DNA of 64,000 nucleotides from Klebsormidium nitens (lineage: Eukaryota > Plantae > Klebsormidiophyceae): positions 1 to 64,000 of the forward strand of contig DF237282.1 of NCBI GenBank assembly GCA_000708835.1, in the 5' to 3' direction. The stretch's first letter is position 1; every line of letters begins with the position of its first letter. The notes beneath the pieces are model-generated. The model searched no databases. It worked only from the letters and a program-made list of their open reading frames with translations, and was not told where the DNA came from. The position numbers and the translations under genes are program-made. Shown here piece after piece: positions 24,801-37,400 of this stretch.

Positions 24801-26166
24801 TCAGCTCCACATTTGGAAACCAGATGATGCACCTGCTTAAAGACCCATCAATAGCTTCTGTCCATGTGTACGCGTCACACACCGAAGACAATTGGCATAC
24901 CACTCCTTGTACCTGTCGACCCAAACCATATCAACACAGGCACTAGCCATCCTGTTAAAACGGTGAGCCAGATAGTCAAAAAACTTTAATGCCAGGTGAG
25001 ATTCCAATGAACATAGCTAAACGAGTGTTCATAAACTACATAACTATGAAATGCAAAGCAAACCCAGGACTGGACCGCCAACCTTATGCTATAAACGTGA
25101 TTCCTTGCAGCCACGTGGGAGTCTCACTTGACAACCAGATTGAACATGACACTGACGAGCCTCAAGGTGAGCGAAGCGAGTACAAGGAACCAGCTGCAGT
25201 CGTGTCCAATTTCAATTGTGTTTGCATTGGTGCACTGTAAAGTTAAGAGCAGTTTGAGCAGGCATGCATCATTTCAGGATCATCCTGTGTAAGAAGGCTT
25301 GTGAAGACTAACCTCAGGTACATTGTGCCAGGACAGCTGGGGGCTGATATCCTTCTTATCAACTGTGCCCTGCACGTCAGATGTTTAGATGGGTGAGAGA
25401 CAGTACACCGTGTCATTGGAAAATTCAGCTGCCAGCATACTTTCTTAGGTGACTTTATTATGTTCATGAGTGTTTTTATGGAAGTGCGCGCCAGACGTCT
25501 TCTTCCAGAATTAATTCTGATTGGTCAGAAGTCACTCCCAAGCTGATAAGCAAGAGAGTGCAAAAGTCCATATCTCTTTATTTGGACAGCGGTCAGTCCA
25601 GAAACGCAGTCGACGTATAGGGGGAACTCAATCGGTTTTGACAGCAGTCTGATGTTGAGAAAAGCTTGCAGTTCGACCATTTATGCATGGCATGACTCAA
25701 TTTGAGCATTCTTGAGCAGCTTTCCCAACCGACTGAACAAGGCCCTACATAGGGAGCGACTGAACAAGGCCCTACATAGAAAGTGCGCGATGGAACGACA
25801 ATTTGCGAGCGATAGACTTCATGCAGACTAGAGAGGAGCGCCCCTCCAATTGATGCTGCAACTTTGACAGACAAAAGAGGAGCGCCCCTCGAATCAGTGC
25901 TGCAACTTTGACAGACTTCAAGGACAAACCGGTGCAGTGGAGGTATGAACCATATCTTGATTACCAGGAAACCCATTCAGACCACAACAAACAACCATCA
26001 ACCTTCAAAGGGACGCCCAGAAACTCCCAGAGCGAGTTGTGCAATGTTGGTGGCACGAACTTTCAAAAGGAAGCAGGCGCATCAATCTTACATCAGCGGT
26101 GTGCTTGCGAGGAATGTGGCCTCCGTCCTTGAAGTTCGAGCTGTTCAACCGGAATTCGTCAGCCAT
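21832..26166 (-). CDS. PEBP-superfamily protein, YbhB/YbcL (Raf kinase inhibitor-like) type, 6 exons (26092-26166, 25313-25369, 24710-24746, 24036-24110, 22650-22843, 21832-21987), 197 aa
   Basis: Spliced CDS is 594 nt and phase-consistent: MADEFRLNSSNFKDGGHIPRKHT..KDISPQLSWHNVPEGTESLALIMEDLDAPDP..PWVHWVVVNIPP..NDFKQPGYRGPAPP..HRFEIRLYALD..MEGHILGEAKLTG. Confidence 0.92.
22780..23680 (-). repeat. Tandem ~175-190 bp duplications of the acceptor plus first ~65 nt of PEBP exon 5
   Basis: ccag|(G/A)T(C/T)TG..GAGAACTTCCGGGTGCACGGCCTGGACGAGAG...AAGAAGGAGCACCAGG copies start at 22843 (real), 23034, 23208 and 23385; diverged copy near 23610-23680. Confidence 0.9.
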
Positions 26167-26922
26167 GATAGCGCGCACTAGTCCCACCACCCAAAATCAG
26201 CAGGTGTTTCGATGGATGCTAAGTCGATAACAAAGGCTTTCTTCCGGCGTTGTTTGCTGCCTGCACAAGACCTGCAAAATGGATTTTGGTAGACCTTGGA
26301 AGGTAAGTCAGGACGACACGGTGCTCTGAAGAGACGCTGAGGCTGATTTGATGGTCTAGGAGTAGGACCTAGGACCTAACATTGTAGTACCTAACGAGTG
26401 TAAAACTCAAAGCTGTGAAAGCTGCACCCGGAAAAAAGAAGCTTCTTCAAATTCTGGACCACTGCATGCAGTGCTGTTCATGAACCGTGCCGATGCCGTT
26501 CAGCCAATCAGAATGCAATTCATCTGGCCAAGTGGCACGGCACTGCGGTAATGGATGATTCTGGCAGGCTTTGGTTGCGTATCATTACCGCGTCTCTAGA
26601 TGAAAAGTATCCCGAACCTAGTTCTGGAAGGATTGAGCCGCCCCAGGCGGGCCTGGCTGGGCAAACACTTCTGCGTGCAATTGCAAAAGAGGTGGTCTTT
26701 TTCAAGAAATTGGCGCCCAGCCAGCTTTTGAAAGGAAAGTTATGTTCTGACTAATATCTGGTAAAGTGTCGCTGCCACCGCTTGCTGTCTGCCATCGATT
26801 AGCAAGGACTATTGGAATAGTTCCGGAGCTGCATCGGTCCCCCTTTTAGCAAACGTTTGGAGCAAACATGTACCGAATCTGAAACCTTAGAAAGTGCGAG
26901 TGAGTTTTGGGCACCGGCAGGC
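26167..26922. promoter_or_regulatory. Putative bidirectional promoter between head-to-head PEBP and ZMAT2 genes
   Basis: Divergent start codons 756 bp apart; no specific motif identified. Confidence 0.4.
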
Positions 26923-29900
26923 ATGGCTTCAAAGAAGGCGGCCGCCGGGGTGGATAACACGCAGCGGCGCAAGTGGGACAAGGAGGAGTATGCAGAGCGG
27001 GCGAGGGAGCGAGAGCGGGAGGAGGAAGAAGAGGAGGAAGAGCGACTGGCGCCAAAACGTGAGCCACGCCCTCACCCCGCCCTCAAGTGACATTTGAAAG
27101 AAGCGTTTTTTGTTTATTTTTTTCCTGATGGCACCTTCACTTTTTCAGGGTGCCAATACGTGATCAACGCCCCTCCACTCTTCATAGGATTCAAAAGAGA
27201 GGGCTTAAAAGTTTGGAGCCAACTTTTACTTTCTAGGAAACGTGGAAGTCCGCAGGTGTCAAACCCCGGGTTGGAAACATTTGATGCTTGGTGCTGCAAT
27301 TTATTTGAATTGGTTTTAGAGATTATCCTACCCAAGATAAGGAATGCTTCTCCGCACTTCCACTCTGTGCGATTTGAGTTCAAATATGGGCTCCTTATTT
27401 TCATGAGCAGCGAGTAGGTGGAAAGAAGATGATCTTTTCTATTCAGGCTCTCGACACCGTTGGTCGCTTAGTGAGTAGCCATTCATTTGCTTGGACAAAA
27501 GCGAGAGGTTGACAAATATCCCTCAAGAAAGCTGATTTCAGGGATGCTGCTTTTGTCCAGAAGACACTTTTACAGTAAGGCATGAGAATCTTGGATTCCG
27601 GTGGGCAAAAGCAACGATGTCAACTATGTAGCCTATCATACACGTATGTCCAATTTGAACAACAACCGGCAAGGCTGGCTTCGTTTTTCGGAGTTCAAGA
27701 TGGGCAACACTGTGAATTCTGCTTCACAGCAGAGTTGGTCCCGGGGCTCGTCTCTTTAATTCGGCACTTACTTTCGACATGTCAAATTCCAGCAGAGTCT
27801 GAACTCGCTCGACTGTGCCATGGCCCTCAGTGCACTCCATACATTCTCAGAGCTTGACAGATTTAAGATTGACAGAAACAAGGCGCCCTTGCAGTTTGAA
27901 AGAGAGACCTAAAGCAAAAGAAAGACCCAGTACAAGCTCAGGCCACAGGTTGTCTGGCAGGTCACAATCATATGGTTGTTGTCACATGTTTGTTTGTCTG
28001 CTTTTCTCCTTGTAGTATCTTTTCTATATTTCTTGATAGCAGCCATCTCCATATGGGAAGATTGCAGATTTTGGGTCATGGCCAACCTTGCAAGTTTGTC
28101 TTCTAAGCTGACGTATTCAAGTAACCATGACGATTTGCGAACTTCTGTTGTTAACGCCTTTCCCTGCTCAATTGAGCCACTTATATTAAATCGCTGTTCG
28201 CCTGTTCGTCTGCAGGACGAGAGCCCCCTGTCCAGCGAGCCCCACTGCAGCAGAGGGCATTTTCGGTAGACCTAACCAGCCGGTTAGGCAAAACACAGGT
28301 AAATTTGTCGTTCAGCTGCATCTTCTTCGAAGCTTTTGATTCCCAGATCTCAGAGGGCGACATCTTTGCGTAGCTGTTGATGGTGGTTGATGTCTCCCAA
28401 TCTCCTGAGTGTGCATCAGCTGTTGGGTTTCATACGGTTCCTTATCGGTCCGGTTTTCTGCATTAACAGGCTATTTCGTCCGGGAATGGACGGGGCCACT
28501 CGTGCTGCTTTCCAAACCCCTAATAAATCTCTTCACACAGGACTTTCGGTGGCAATTGCCTATTTGAACGTACGTTTGGAATTCCTGTAGGTTGTCTTCT
28601 TATGCCACCTAGCAGGCTCCCCTGAGCATGCAAGCAAGCTTCATCTACAGCGTCGGAGATCAATGGTCAGGTCATCGTTCCCTGATAATCGGAAATTCTT
28701 TCTGACCATATCTGGTCTGATCATTCTCCGTTTTGCGGCGCTGCAGGTTGTCACTCAGCAAGCTCCCCTGAGCATGCAGGCAGGCTTCTTCTGCAACGTC
28801 TGCCAGTGCATCGTCAAGGACTCCGCTGTCTATCTAGACCACATCAACGGGAAAAAGCGTAAGCCACCGGTCAGCCATTCTAGTCTCAGTAGTTTCCTAT
28901 TTGGTCCAAGTGGGATCATCTCAGGTTCTTTCGACAACGAGTTTGATGTCGTGTTGGGTTTCGTTGTTTCCGCTGATTGACTCTTGGATTTCTTAGATCA
29001 GTGACGTGGGACAAGGAAGCTTGAACAGTCCGGTGCCATCGGAAGGGCTTTCTGTCTTCAAGTCCAGTCGAAGCTGAACACCATCCCCCTTCTCAGCTCA
29101 CCAACTGGTGGAAACGACATGGTGGAAATGTCATTTATTCCTGCAATATGCACACCAGCGGAGTCCTCCAGCTCAGCAGAACTAGAAGCCGATTAGATTC
29201 TTGAGTTCCTGGATGCACGGTAGAAAGTACACATTGGTTGTGGTCAGCTCTTCATTGTGTTCCTCACGTCTGGTTGATTGTGTCCGACTGGGCAACCCAG
29301 AAACTTCTGTCGATGTTGAGTTGCGCAGTATGGCCTCTGTCCAAAAACAAGCGTGGCCTTTGTCAATAGTCAAGGCCCTTCGACAATTGAAGGTGTTTCT
29401 TAGCCTCAACATCGTCTCGTGGACTCTTAAAACATCCTCTTTCCTCCTCATTCTTGCAGATCAACGTGCACTAGGCATGTCGATGCGGGTCGAGCGCTCG
29501 AGCGTCGACCAAGTGAAGCAGCGCTTTGAGACGCTCAAACGGAAGCAGGCGGAGACCTTCACGGAGGAAGGTGAGGCCCGCTGCTTGTGCAGATCTCCGG
29601 TCACTTTCTTCGTTGGATCAGTCATTTTCTTCAGCAGATCTGGAACACCCAAATACAGGTTTTTATTGTCTTACTGAAGGGCTTTGCTGACGTGACTTGA
29701 CGGCTAACGAAACGAAGTCCGTGCACTAGCTTAAAGAATCTGCCATGGTGCGAAAAGTTGGCCCCCGCATGTACTGCATAGTCGTTAGATTTGACCCCCT
29801 TTCGATCCGAGCCGGTAAGATAAAACCAGCCGTGTACTGATCTATCTCCGTCATCGGACGGTCAGATTTGCGATTGGTGAGATACAAGTTGGGTCAGACG

Positions 29901-30944
29901 GCGGGGTGAAACCAGTTTTGCAAAACTGGTCTTTCGGCGATGGGCAAGCCTTTTGCGGAAACAGCGGACTTGCTTACGCAACTGCTCCCCCAGGTGTACG
30001 CAGGTGCTTGGATGTAAGCTTGTAGATTCGTAAAGCACGTCCTAAACGTCTCTGTAAAGGAAAGGACCGCTGCAGACTGCACCATCTCCTGGCCGGCTCA
30101 AAATTCTGAAGATTGGTGATGGCACCGTGAAAGTTTTCCCGAATTCTGCGTAATGTGAAGTTGCATTTGAGGCAATTATGTTCAGGTCCTCTCTTTGGGA
30201 AAGAAGACGGCCCCTGACCGATGTATACTGGATATCCTTGTTCGTGACAACCATCGGACATAAAGAGTAGTGACCGATGGAAGACCACTGTTCGAGTCGC
30301 TTGCGGGGGCCGTGCAGAACTCCTTTGCCGATTGCATACTTTACTCACGGCTGCTTGTCACATTTCGTGAAGGCCCATTGGGAAAGAGAACTATCAATGT
30401 GAACAATTGAGCAATTGAAAGCTTGAAACTAGAGCTCCTTCTCCTGCAGATCTCGATACCCGGATACGAGCTCGCGAAGAGGAAGAGGAAGAACGGCGAC
30501 GGCAAAAGAAGGAAAGGAAAAAGGACAAGAAGGTGAGGTTCGAATGAAGAATTGATCTTTGATGTTCTTACTCCTGCGAAGATGGATCTGCTCCAACTTC
30601 TGAAGGCCGAATACAAGTGCTGCTTTGAAGATCGATCTCGCGTGTTTTTGGCACAGTCGGACGTCTCTTGCTGGACGCCGCAAGACCTAGTCAGAGCATC
30701 TTTCTTCTGCTGCAAGTAGACTCTACACGCTTGCGTTTGCTACAAGCAGATGTAGTATGCTTGGTCCGACAAACAAAAGATCTTTTCCGCCTTGGTTGAG
30801 CATAAACGAACTTGGTTTTCACACTGTTTCTCATGTTATCTTCTGCAGAAGTCGGACGACCCAGTCGATGACACAGGAGACATGGATCCGGAGATGGCCG
30901 CACTAATGGGTTTCGGGGGCTTTGGCTCTAGCAAACAAACTTGA
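26923..30944 (+). CDS. ZMAT2: Zinc finger matrin-type protein 2 (Snu23 spliceosomal factor), 6 exons (26923-27058, 28216-28298, 28747-28858, 29460-29570, 30450-30532, 30849-30944), 206 aa
   Basis: Spliced CDS is 621 nt and phase-consistent: [67 protein letters not shown], C-terminal DPEMAALMGFGGFGSSK. Confidence 0.95.
28585..28660 (+). repeat. Decayed duplicate of the ZMAT2 exon 3 acceptor and exon start, 156 bp upstream of the real one
   Basis: ctgtag|gttgtc...gcaggctcccctgagcatgcaagcaagcttc versus ctgcag|gttgtc...gcaagctcccctgagcatgcaggcaggcttc. Confidence 0.85.
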
Positions 30945-33900
30945 AACATAACGCTGAGTACTTGGTCCTGAGTATGTTATATGGTTCGGTTCTAGCAAAC
31001 AAACGAGAAAAACGAAATTTGTTGCACACTTCCGTGGCGGCCGGAGTGCATCCGGGTGTGCACACATGAAAATGGTTCAGTGGACCATGCCACGCATGCG
31101 TGGTGTTAATTGGATTCTAGTACATATGGATGCATGGGTCTGCTTTGCAGCTTGAACAAGGGCACCCACCGTCACCTGAATAACCGCATGTACTGAGTAT
31201 ATATTGCATAAACTGTATTTAGTGACCGTTTACCGATGAAGTTATATGTTGCCAGAGTCGGTGACTGGCGCGCAGCCAGCTTTGAAACCTACGCAGCGGC
31301 TGTGCGCGGTGGCAAATACTAAACTTAAGTCCAGCTACTCGGACATGTGAGTTGATCATGGCATGTGCATGTGTGCAAAGGCTGGGGGCGCACACCGTCG
31401 GGCGGGCCCTTGCACACGCGGCCCGGCCTGCATGCAAACTTGGTCGGAAGGATTGATATATGGCCATGTCTGATAAGAATGCGCCTGGCCACGCGGCGTC
31501 ACTCGTTAGACGTGGACGGTCGAATAAAGGACGGTCGACTGCGCGACGATTCAGAATTTCCTCGAAGCTTGGTTGGATTGTGTCCAGGCTGTATACTGTC
31601 CGGCGGCATGTTTGATCTTGCTTCTGAGTTCAATTAGTCAAGGCTTGTCTCAAAAGCTGGCTGGCCGCGCATCATGGCATGAGTAAAATTCTTCGCAGGT
31701 ATAACGTATCATTAGTACAGGCCATGGCTAGCTAGCCTGGTATTTCCGGATCCCCGGATCATGAGATTCGAGGAGATGAACAGCAATACGTTTCAGGCTA
31801 CTAGGCTAATGTCTTAATGTACCACAGCCTGCTATAGCCCTTCCGGTGAGTACTAATGCGCAGCTCAAACGCTGGTCGAACTGTCACCTTACTTAGTTAA
31901 GCTCGCCAGGCTAAGATCAAAACACCTTCAATTATTTTGTCGATCATAGTCCCTAGGGTGTTCATATCCAGATTCAAATATCCAACATTTTGAAGTTATT
32001 CGGAAACAAGTCAATTAGAACCGGAAATGACCTTACAAATGTTGTCGCACTTACCGAGTTCGCAAAGTCTCAACCTATTAACAACATTACCTTTGTCAAA
32101 TAGCACATCGCAAGATTACCTCATGCTTTATCTATATTCAAGTGTTGACTAAATCTACGATGGCCTGAGGCCCAACTTAGTTTGCAGGTTCGCACATACG
32201 AAATTCTGCGCTAAGACTTCATGAAAGGAACATAAATGTCACAACGCCGATGCAACAGGTTTGGTTATGTGATCAACAATTGCCTTAGACCTCTTCGAAC
32301 TTATCCAACGTCCTGCACACAAGTGAGAAACGGATTCAGGAAAATGAAGTACAGGTGGCAAACAGGACGAACTCTCAGGTAGAATTGGAGACGTGCACAT
32401 CTCCATGCTTTCCAAGCGTGGGGATACGGCAAGACCGTAGAGGTCTCCAGTACATCAAGGATTGAAGCATCCTTTGCACGTTTGGAAAATGCTCGAAGAG
32501 TGCCTCACAAAACGTACATCAGTTCATTACGCCACTACGAGATGGAGGGGATTGCGAAGGGAACTGTCAAATCTAGTACCGAACAACATTCGATTGCAAT
32601 AGCGAATCGATAAATCAAGGTCGCCACCAGAAGCTAAGTAGAGCGCCTGCAAAGTCTAGCAAGGCCCGTGGTTTAAGGGGAGCAGTATCTAAATGCACAG
32701 ATACTTTCTACTGGAAACTCCACCCTCAAAGCTGTTGTTAACCGATGAAGCGGCGCACATCTGAAATGGCCATTGTCTCAACTCAACCTGTGGATATGGT
32801 TTATGAAGGGCTAACTCGTTTGGGGTCCCCTTTGTGGCTCAACACACAATTACAACCACTTAAAACATCCTTTTCTGGCCTTGAACAGAACAATCGACTT
32901 CAAGTACCCGGTTTACCAAAATCAACACAGAGACACAAGTCTCATTGAAGTGGTGTCGACAAGCTCTTTTGCGAAGTTCATCGGAGATGGACTCATCTGT
33001 GTGGAAAGTGAAAAGGGAAGGCAGGATACTCACTTGGCCCCACCGGGAGGCTGATATACAGTCGCCTTGTACGACTCTGCTGATCCCCCTGAAACTTTCA
33101 GCTTCAACTCAAAGAGCAGTCCGTTGACGACTTGCTTGTGCGCTTCAACGACACGGACCAACTCGAGCGAAGCATTCTGGGCAGCACAGGAAAACTGTTA
33201 GTCCAGGGCCACAAGATGATCGTTACAGGCCGCGTACCCAACTTCACATACTGTGAGCAGGAAGTTTTCAGATCAGGAATACAAAAGCGAGATATATTCA
33301 AAAGCTGCTGATGACTACACAGGAGTGACTTCCAGATGAACCAGGCAAGAAATCTCTTCAGAGCTTACATATCACGTACTTAATGTCAGATGGTACAGGC
33401 AAGCCACTTGGTCAAGAAAAGATGAAAATGAGCAGGGTTGATATCGAGTCAGGTCAGACAGCTCAGGTGTCGTCCAGGAGCTCAAATGACGATCAAATGG
33501 GAGTGAAAGCCTGCTTCCTGCTGAAGTATGAGCAGCATTCAACCGACCTTGGAACGGCAGTTCTCAAAATTCCACCGACATCGTGCATGCATGCAGAAGG
33601 CTTCCAGTAGCCAGCAACTCCAAAAACTGGGCACAGAAAACATACAGCATCTGCAATTCAGTAGAAAGATGCAAAATGCTGTTTGGTTACTTCACCGTTT
33701 GCTTCGAGATTTCTTCCACAGCAAACTTGGCGACGCCCTGGATTTCGTGGCTGTTCTCATGAGTCACGTCCTGTTTGCCACCGAGAAGACCCATGGTTCG
33801 GGGATGTGAGGAAGTCTGGTGGTGGAAGCCCGCTGTTGCGCCCTGAGAATCAAAGTTGGACACCTCAGTTTCTGACTTCTTCAACTCTGACAGAAAGCTT

Positions 33901-34411
33901 CAAGGGGAACGAAACTTCGAATATGCTTGAAAGGGGCAAAATTGGCAACTGCCAGCGGCGAGTGTCAAGAACACCTTTCAACATCTTTGGAGGGAATGGT
34001 CAAGAGAGCATAACGCCCTAGTGATAACGGGACCCAAGTAACCATGGTTGTACAGATTACGCCCTCGGGTGAGGATCTCAATTCAGGTTTGTGGGCAAGT
34101 TTGGGTTAGGTAGTGAGTTAGCAAAGAAGCAACTTACGGAGTGAGTGTACAGAGAGGAGAAAGGTGCCAGCTGGCAGTGGCACCTGGTGCTTGAGATCCA
34201 GTGGCAGCAGAGATCAGAAGGGGGAGTTCGCTTGAGCCTGAGGCAACCAATGAGGGCAATTCATATTACTTCAAGTAGAAGCAAATGCAACGCAATGCCG
34301 TCCCAATTGGGGCCTTGTAATATTGTCAGGCGTTGGAAGTATGTGCAAGCCTGGAGGATGTCGGAAGCAGCCTGAGGTAGCCTCGCTGGGGCACTCCGAT
34401 TTCGCAGCTGA

Positions 34412-37400
34412 ATGGCAGAGGAGCATGGGGATGAGTACTTGGAGGCGCTCTCTGCATTCGTAGAGGAATGTGGTGAGTGAAAGCTACAAGGTGCCAGAAT
34501 TGACCTTCCAGATGCTTGCAATCGTATGCTACAGAAATGGCTGTAGAGTAAGTTTGATTCTCGTAGTTGAAGTCCTCTTTCGCGCATGCCCGCGGGGACT
34601 TTCATCACTATCGCTGCTGCGGAGATCTCTCCAACATATCACGAATATTGAAGAATGTCTACTGAACTGTATGACGGTCCTGCTTGGCGAAATGATGCCG
34701 TAGGTTTGAAATAAGGGAGGTAGCCTGATGTTCCAAAATATTAAACGTGAGCGATACGATGCATTCCCGATAGTTTTCAATTTCTTTGCTTGTAATGCTC
34801 ATTAAAAGAGGTTTGGATACACTGCTTAAGAGCTTTGAGGGTGAATGGTGACACGTTTTAGCCCACTACGATTTGCCTGGCAATTGCGACGTCTTTCCAG
34901 CCCCCAAATGCACCACCCTCGCGATGCGTTCACATACAATTAAGGTAGTGCAATCATCAGGCGTACATTCTGGCTGGGAGACAGATGCCAGATGTGACAA
35001 AGTTTCCAATGCATGACTCCCTGGGGGACAAACAAACATCATTTCAGGGATCTGCTATTGCATTGAAATCCATCGTATCAGATGAACAACCTCAGTTCTG
35101 CTCAGTGAAAGACTGTCCCCCCAGTGCGATCATTGACCCCACGTTTCCTGCTTCACCTGAACTTCTCACAACTATGATAATGTCAATGAAGTACGACAAA
35201 GGAACGAACATGTTTGCTCCCTTGCTGCAGCGGAGGGTCTCCTCGATGGGAGTGTTGTGTTGAGGCTGAAACCCCTGGGCCTGCTCTACCTGGACTCCCG
35301 CTTTGGCGCCCTCTCAGAGCTGGAGGCATTGAGGGCGGATGCCCCTGTGGACTATCTGCGGGCGGTGGTGGCGGATCTGGGGGACTACCGCAAGCTAGAA
35401 AAACTGCGGGGCTTTCTGCGGATGCTCGAGAAGGTCAAAGTGAGTTTGAGTTTGACAATCTGCACTATCGACATCGACAAAACAGAGATTCCTTCGGGGC
35501 AAACTTTTGATGATTGGTGAAAGATTTGGGCAACTACTGCAAGCTGGACGAAATTGTCAAAACAGAGAATCCTTCAGGCGGAAATGGTGATGATTGGTTT
35601 GATGATTGTTGGAAGATTTGGGCGACTACTGCAAGCTGGACAAAAAAGGTTGTGGGGATGCTGAAAAGAAGTCGGGGCGTGTCTAAGTAGACAAAATACT
35701 GGAGCGATCCAACAGCTTGAGAACAGTGGTGGTAGATCTAATGGTACGTGAAGCCAAGCCTTTTGACTGGGAAGGATTCTGGCGAGAACAATATGGTCAG
35801 TGTCTCGTTTATTTTGCTGAGCAGAGTGTATTGAAGCATGTTGAAGCCCAATCCTCACTTTTCTTAAAAATCTGAGATCCTAGTTTTACTCTTGAGACAC
35901 GGAACCTGAAAATACCAGTTCACTTGTAAGCTGAGTGCCAGAGCCTGCATTCACAAGTTGCAGGTTCAGCCAACACTCCTCGAATCAATTTGAAAACCCA
36001 ATCGGGATTTGCCATCTACAGGTCGCTGGCGCAAATGCGCCGCTTCGTGATTCTGTGCCCCTGCGCCTATCCATGCTGAGCGGACTGCGCCACCTAGAGC
36101 TTCACGGTTGCGATCTGTCCACTGCAGCAGCGCAGGGACTGGTGGAGTTGAAGCCGCAGCTGGAGACACTGGTCTGCGTGGATTCAACGGTGAGACCAGA
36201 CTCCACCATCTGCAAAAAAACGGCCTCTCAATGTCGATTCTGAGAATTGGCTCAGGAGATTTAAAATACAATCATCAACAATCCTCAACAATCATCATCA
36301 ATCAGGGCCTGCAACATTGGCCAGCTATAAGCGTGAGTCGCAAGCTGAGAGACGCTGTTCTGCAAGGTTTCACGGTAGGCACTGCCAACTGATTCGGCCC
36401 AAGAAACGTTATCGACCAAGGCAACTCTTTGAGCTCTTTCTTTGCAACCTGGCAAACGCAGAGACGCATTTCGTTTCTCTCCGTCAGATTGGTTTATCAT
36501 CTACCCTCTGGTCAGGACTCCCGGTGCCGTTTGACGCAACGAAAGTGTTACCAGACCCTCGGACTTGAGTTGTGACACGTGGCATTTCTGGCCGCTTGCC
36601 GTTCGTCTGATTGACTCTTTGTCAAAGAAAATCTCCATCCTGATTGTCTTGGTCTGCGATGCAGAGGTTTTGGAGATTGTCGAAGGTGTCCGTCGTCTGG
36701 AACTTGGAAACCTCGCGCTGATGTTTTTCGCCCCAATCAACAACCTTCACCGAAGGCATTCCGTAGCAATTTCCGAAGTTGCTTTTATTCTTTTCATTCA
36801 GGACTCCCTGGCAGACTCTCGGCCGACAGCAGATCACCCCTGCCCAGATTCTGTATCTCCGCCTGCCCGGCTCCCCTGCCGGCTTAAGCGTAGCTTCTTT
36901 TTGTAGACAGTCACTGTAACATAGCTTCTTCCTTCTGCAAGAGGGGAAACTTGCATCCCGGCCAGATATCATTCTGCTTACGCAAGATGCACTGGCAGAC
37001 CTACTGTAACTCGCAGATTTCTGCAGAGCGCCTAACCCAGCTTGCCTGCCCGCACGACAACCTCCGCTCCACGGGACGGTGTTCCTCACCTTGAAAAGCG
37101 GAAGGTCGTCATGCTCAGCGTGTTTCTTTTCTCCCTTGGCAGGACTCATTAGCAGACCTCCTAGCAGAGCGCGGTGCGCCCCTAATCCTCCAAACCCCGT
37201 GGTCCCGGCTAACCCGGCTAGCCTGCCCGCGTAACCACCTCCGGTTAATGGACCCCAGCCTGTGCTCGCTGCCAGTAGCGGACGAAATCGACCTCAGCCG
37301 GAACAACCTAACCACAGTGGCTAACCTCCATATTTGCGTGCGGTTAACCAAGCTGGACCTGGGGTTCAACTCGATCACGTCGCTAGTGGGGCTGAACAGG

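Noticed and set aside
31860-33400. Decayed LRR/NTPase gene (LPHALSIF.., HSGQHRKT)
   Set aside because: Motif resemblance too weak and broken by many stops; needs a translated search.
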